Shown here: one piece after another, positions 62,179 through 64,000 of the stretch
Layout: every line of letters begins with the position of its first letter
How positions within the stretch are numbered: position 1 is the first letter of the stretch
From: Phocaeicola sp.
GTDB lineage: Bacteria > Bacteroidota > Bacteroidia > Bacteroidales > Bacteroidaceae
Direction: 5' to 3'
Assembly: GCA_045121515.1 (NCBI GenBank)
Contig: JBGVGD010000021.1
Span: 21,955 to 85,954 of the forward strand
Length of the DNA: 64,000 bases
Position numbers and translations under genes: made by a program
Notes under the pieces: generated by a model
Told to the model about the DNA's origin: nothing
The model's database searches: none
The model's input: only the letters and a program-made list of their open reading frames with translations

Positions 62179-63495
62179 TTAATAGAATTTACGGATTTCT
62201 GCCCCTTTATAATAATGTAATAGGATTTCTTCATACGAGTATCCTTTTTCTCCCATAACGGCGGCACCAATCTGGCAGAGACCGACTCCGTGTCCCCAAC
62301 CGGATCCCGAGAGAATGAAGTTTTGGGGAATACCTTCCTTGACTTCTCCCTTGTCTACCACAAAGGCGGAACTGAACAGGTGAGAATCTGAAAGGACTCG
62401 GCGGATCTCCATTTCCTTGCCGATGGTGAATGTCTTCAATGTACCCACAATCTTCAGTTTGCAGATACGGCCGGAAGGACCACGCTGGACTGGAATCAAG
62501 TCGATGATGTCTCCATAATCAGACTTTGTATTGGTGCGAATCAGTTCGGCCAGTTCTGCTTGGGTGTAACGCACCTTCCAACGATAGAAGTCAGTAGTTT
62601 CTTGGTCGTAATTGTTGAGTATCTGCGACAAGATTTTCTTGTCGTGGGTATCGCAGAACGATTTGGGAGCCTTGCGGATCCAGTGTTCGGCTTCCTCTTC
62701 CTTGGTCAAGTCCGGGAATGAGAGATTCTCTTCCTCTTCTGCATCGCGGATAGAGGTGAGATAAGGGTAATGCTTGTCTTCCCAGCAGTATTCAAACTCT
62801 TCGGTAGCACCTCCGCAACATTTGGAAAAACGGGCATCGCATATTTTCTTGCCATGCATCAACAAATGTCCGCGAGTGGCATGGACTGCTTCGGCGACGG
62901 TGGCATTGGTTGCTTTAGTGATACCTTGGTAACGCTGACAATGGTCGTCGGCACATACATCGAATATGGTATGGTCTTCGCGGTCGTACCAACGGATGTA
63001 TTCTTCTTTGGTCTTGATAAACGAGAAAAATCCTTCGTCTTTTCCTTTTAATGCTTTCCGCTTTTCCATTTGGGCGAAAAGCCAGCTGCGTGAAATTACA
63101 GCATGCGCTTTCAGCAGTTCCAAAGACGAATTGGCGTTCATCTCAGATGAAATGACGCTGATAAGGTATTCTTCGACGGGCAAAATATTGATAGCTACAA
63201 TCTTGTCTTCGTCTACCACCAACCTTAAAGTGCCGGAAAAGACTTGCGTTTCCTGACGTTCCCAATGGTAGTTGAGTCCGATAGTAACATCGTATAATGA
63301 GAAGGAGTTTTTTTCATCTTGTGGGGTGAAGGTCAGTTCCCGGTATTGGCTGTCGTTCCAAAGGATGCCTCCTTCGCTGAAGGATACCACTTGATTGCCG
63401 CTGACGGTTTCTCCTTTAGCGAAGAAATGGCCATTGAGGGTGAAGTGTATTTCTTTAGCACTGACAATCCCTACGTTTATTTCAGGTTCTTTCAT
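62179..63495 (-). CDS. SpoIID/LytB-domain protein (lytic transglycosylase-like)
   Basis: VEEYLISVISSEM, LKAHAVISRS, DDHCQRYQG and GWGHGVGLCQIGA motifs. Confidence 0.9.
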   Translation of the reverse strand: MKEPEINVGIVSAKEIHFTLNGHFFAKGETVSGNQVVSFSEGGILWNDSQYRELTFTPQDEKNSFSLYDVTIGLNYHWERQETQVFSGTLRLVVDEDKIVAINILPVEEYLISVISSEMNANSSLELLKAHAVISRSWLFAQMEKRKALKGKDEGFFSFIKTKEEYIRWYDREDHTIFDVCADDHCQRYQGITKATNATVAEAVHATRGHLLMHGKKICDARFSKCCGGATEEFEYCWEDKHYPYLTSIRDAEEEENLSFPDLTKEEEAEHWIRKAPKSFCDTHDKKILSQILNNYDQETTDFYRWKVRYTQAELAELIRTNTKSDYGDIIDLIPVQRGPSGRICKLKIVGTLKTFTIGKEMEIRRVLSDSHLFSSAFVVDKGEVKEGIPQNFILSGSGWGHGVGLCQIGAAVMGEKGYSYEEILLHYYKGAEIRKFY

Positions 63496-63590
63496 GACGA
63501 GCGAATCTTAATTTTTCTAATAATGGTGCAAAGATAGGGATTATATCTTTATTTTTGTATACCTTTGTATATTTAAATAAGGAAATAGAC

Positions 63591-64000
63591 ATGGAAACTC
63601 CTAAAATAGCCTTGCTAGGTAAAACTCTTTATGAGATTCAGCAGATAACCGCCAACTTGGGTATGCCTAAATTTGCGGCCAAGCAAATCGCTTCTTGGCT
63701 TTATGACAAGAAGGTGGATTCGATAGACGAAATGACCAACCTTTCCTTGAAGCATCGGGAAGCGTTGAAGGAAAGTTATGAAGTGGGAGCTTCTGCACCG
63801 GTAGAAGCGATGCGTTCGATAGACGGTACGGTGAAATATCTGTTCCGTACCCCGACCAATGACTATGTAGAAGCGGTGTATATCCCGGATAACGACCGGG
63901 CTACGCTTTGTGTGTCTTCGCAGGTGGGATGCAAGATGAATTGTAAGTTCTGTATGACCGGTAAGCAGGGATTTACAGCGAATTTGACGGCCAATCAGAT
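63591..64000 (+). CDS. rlmN: Radical SAM 23S rRNA m2A2503 methyltransferase (5' part; runs off the window)
   Basis: METPKIALLG...DGTVKYLF...TLCVSSQVGCKMNCKFCMTG with the CxxxCxxC motif. Confidence 0.95.
   Translation, partial: METPKIALLGKTLYEIQQITANLGMPKFAAKQIASWLYDKKVDSIDEMTNLSLKHREALKESYEVGASAPVEAMRSIDGTVKYLFRTPTNDYVEAVYIPDNDRATLCVSSQVGCKMNCKFCMTGKQGFTANLTANQ

Overview
Chromosomal window from a Bacteroidaceae (Bacteroides/Phocaeicola-like) genome, judged from gene content and repeated TAnnTTTG -7 promoter boxes. Most of it is core genome: folB, nrdJ, dnaA, amidase/MlaD, lptD, slyD, the ilv operon, ppiD-like/corC/lptC/coaX, a Lnb-like gene, secA, valS, mazG, an ECF sigma cluster, rnz, rpsA, a SpoIID/LytB gene and partial rlmN. 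Four accessory patches interrupt it. (1) At 0.3-7.6 kb: a PIN toxin-antitoxin pair, an unexplained structured/palindromic element, and a decaying NVEALA-peptide locus with a membrane-anchored winged-helix regulator, beta-propeller lipoproteins, a Cys-rich peptide, an O-antigen-ligase/TPR gene and a 54-aa BlaI-tail-like mini-ORF. (2) At 42.1-45.8 kb: an AT-rich orphan TPR histidine kinase plus a surface lipoprotein. (3) At 45.8-57.4 kb: an insertion hotspot with two IS1182-family elements, an IS4, REP-like palindromes, an HU-like gene and a smalltalk peptide. (4) At 61.7-62.2 kb: a four-helix-bundle gene bracketed by inverted heptamer arrays. An unannotated Ile/Leu/Val leader peptide and attenuator precedes ilvD. 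No rRNA, tRNA or CRISPR array was recognised. Family assignments come from recognising motifs by eye; no database searches were run.
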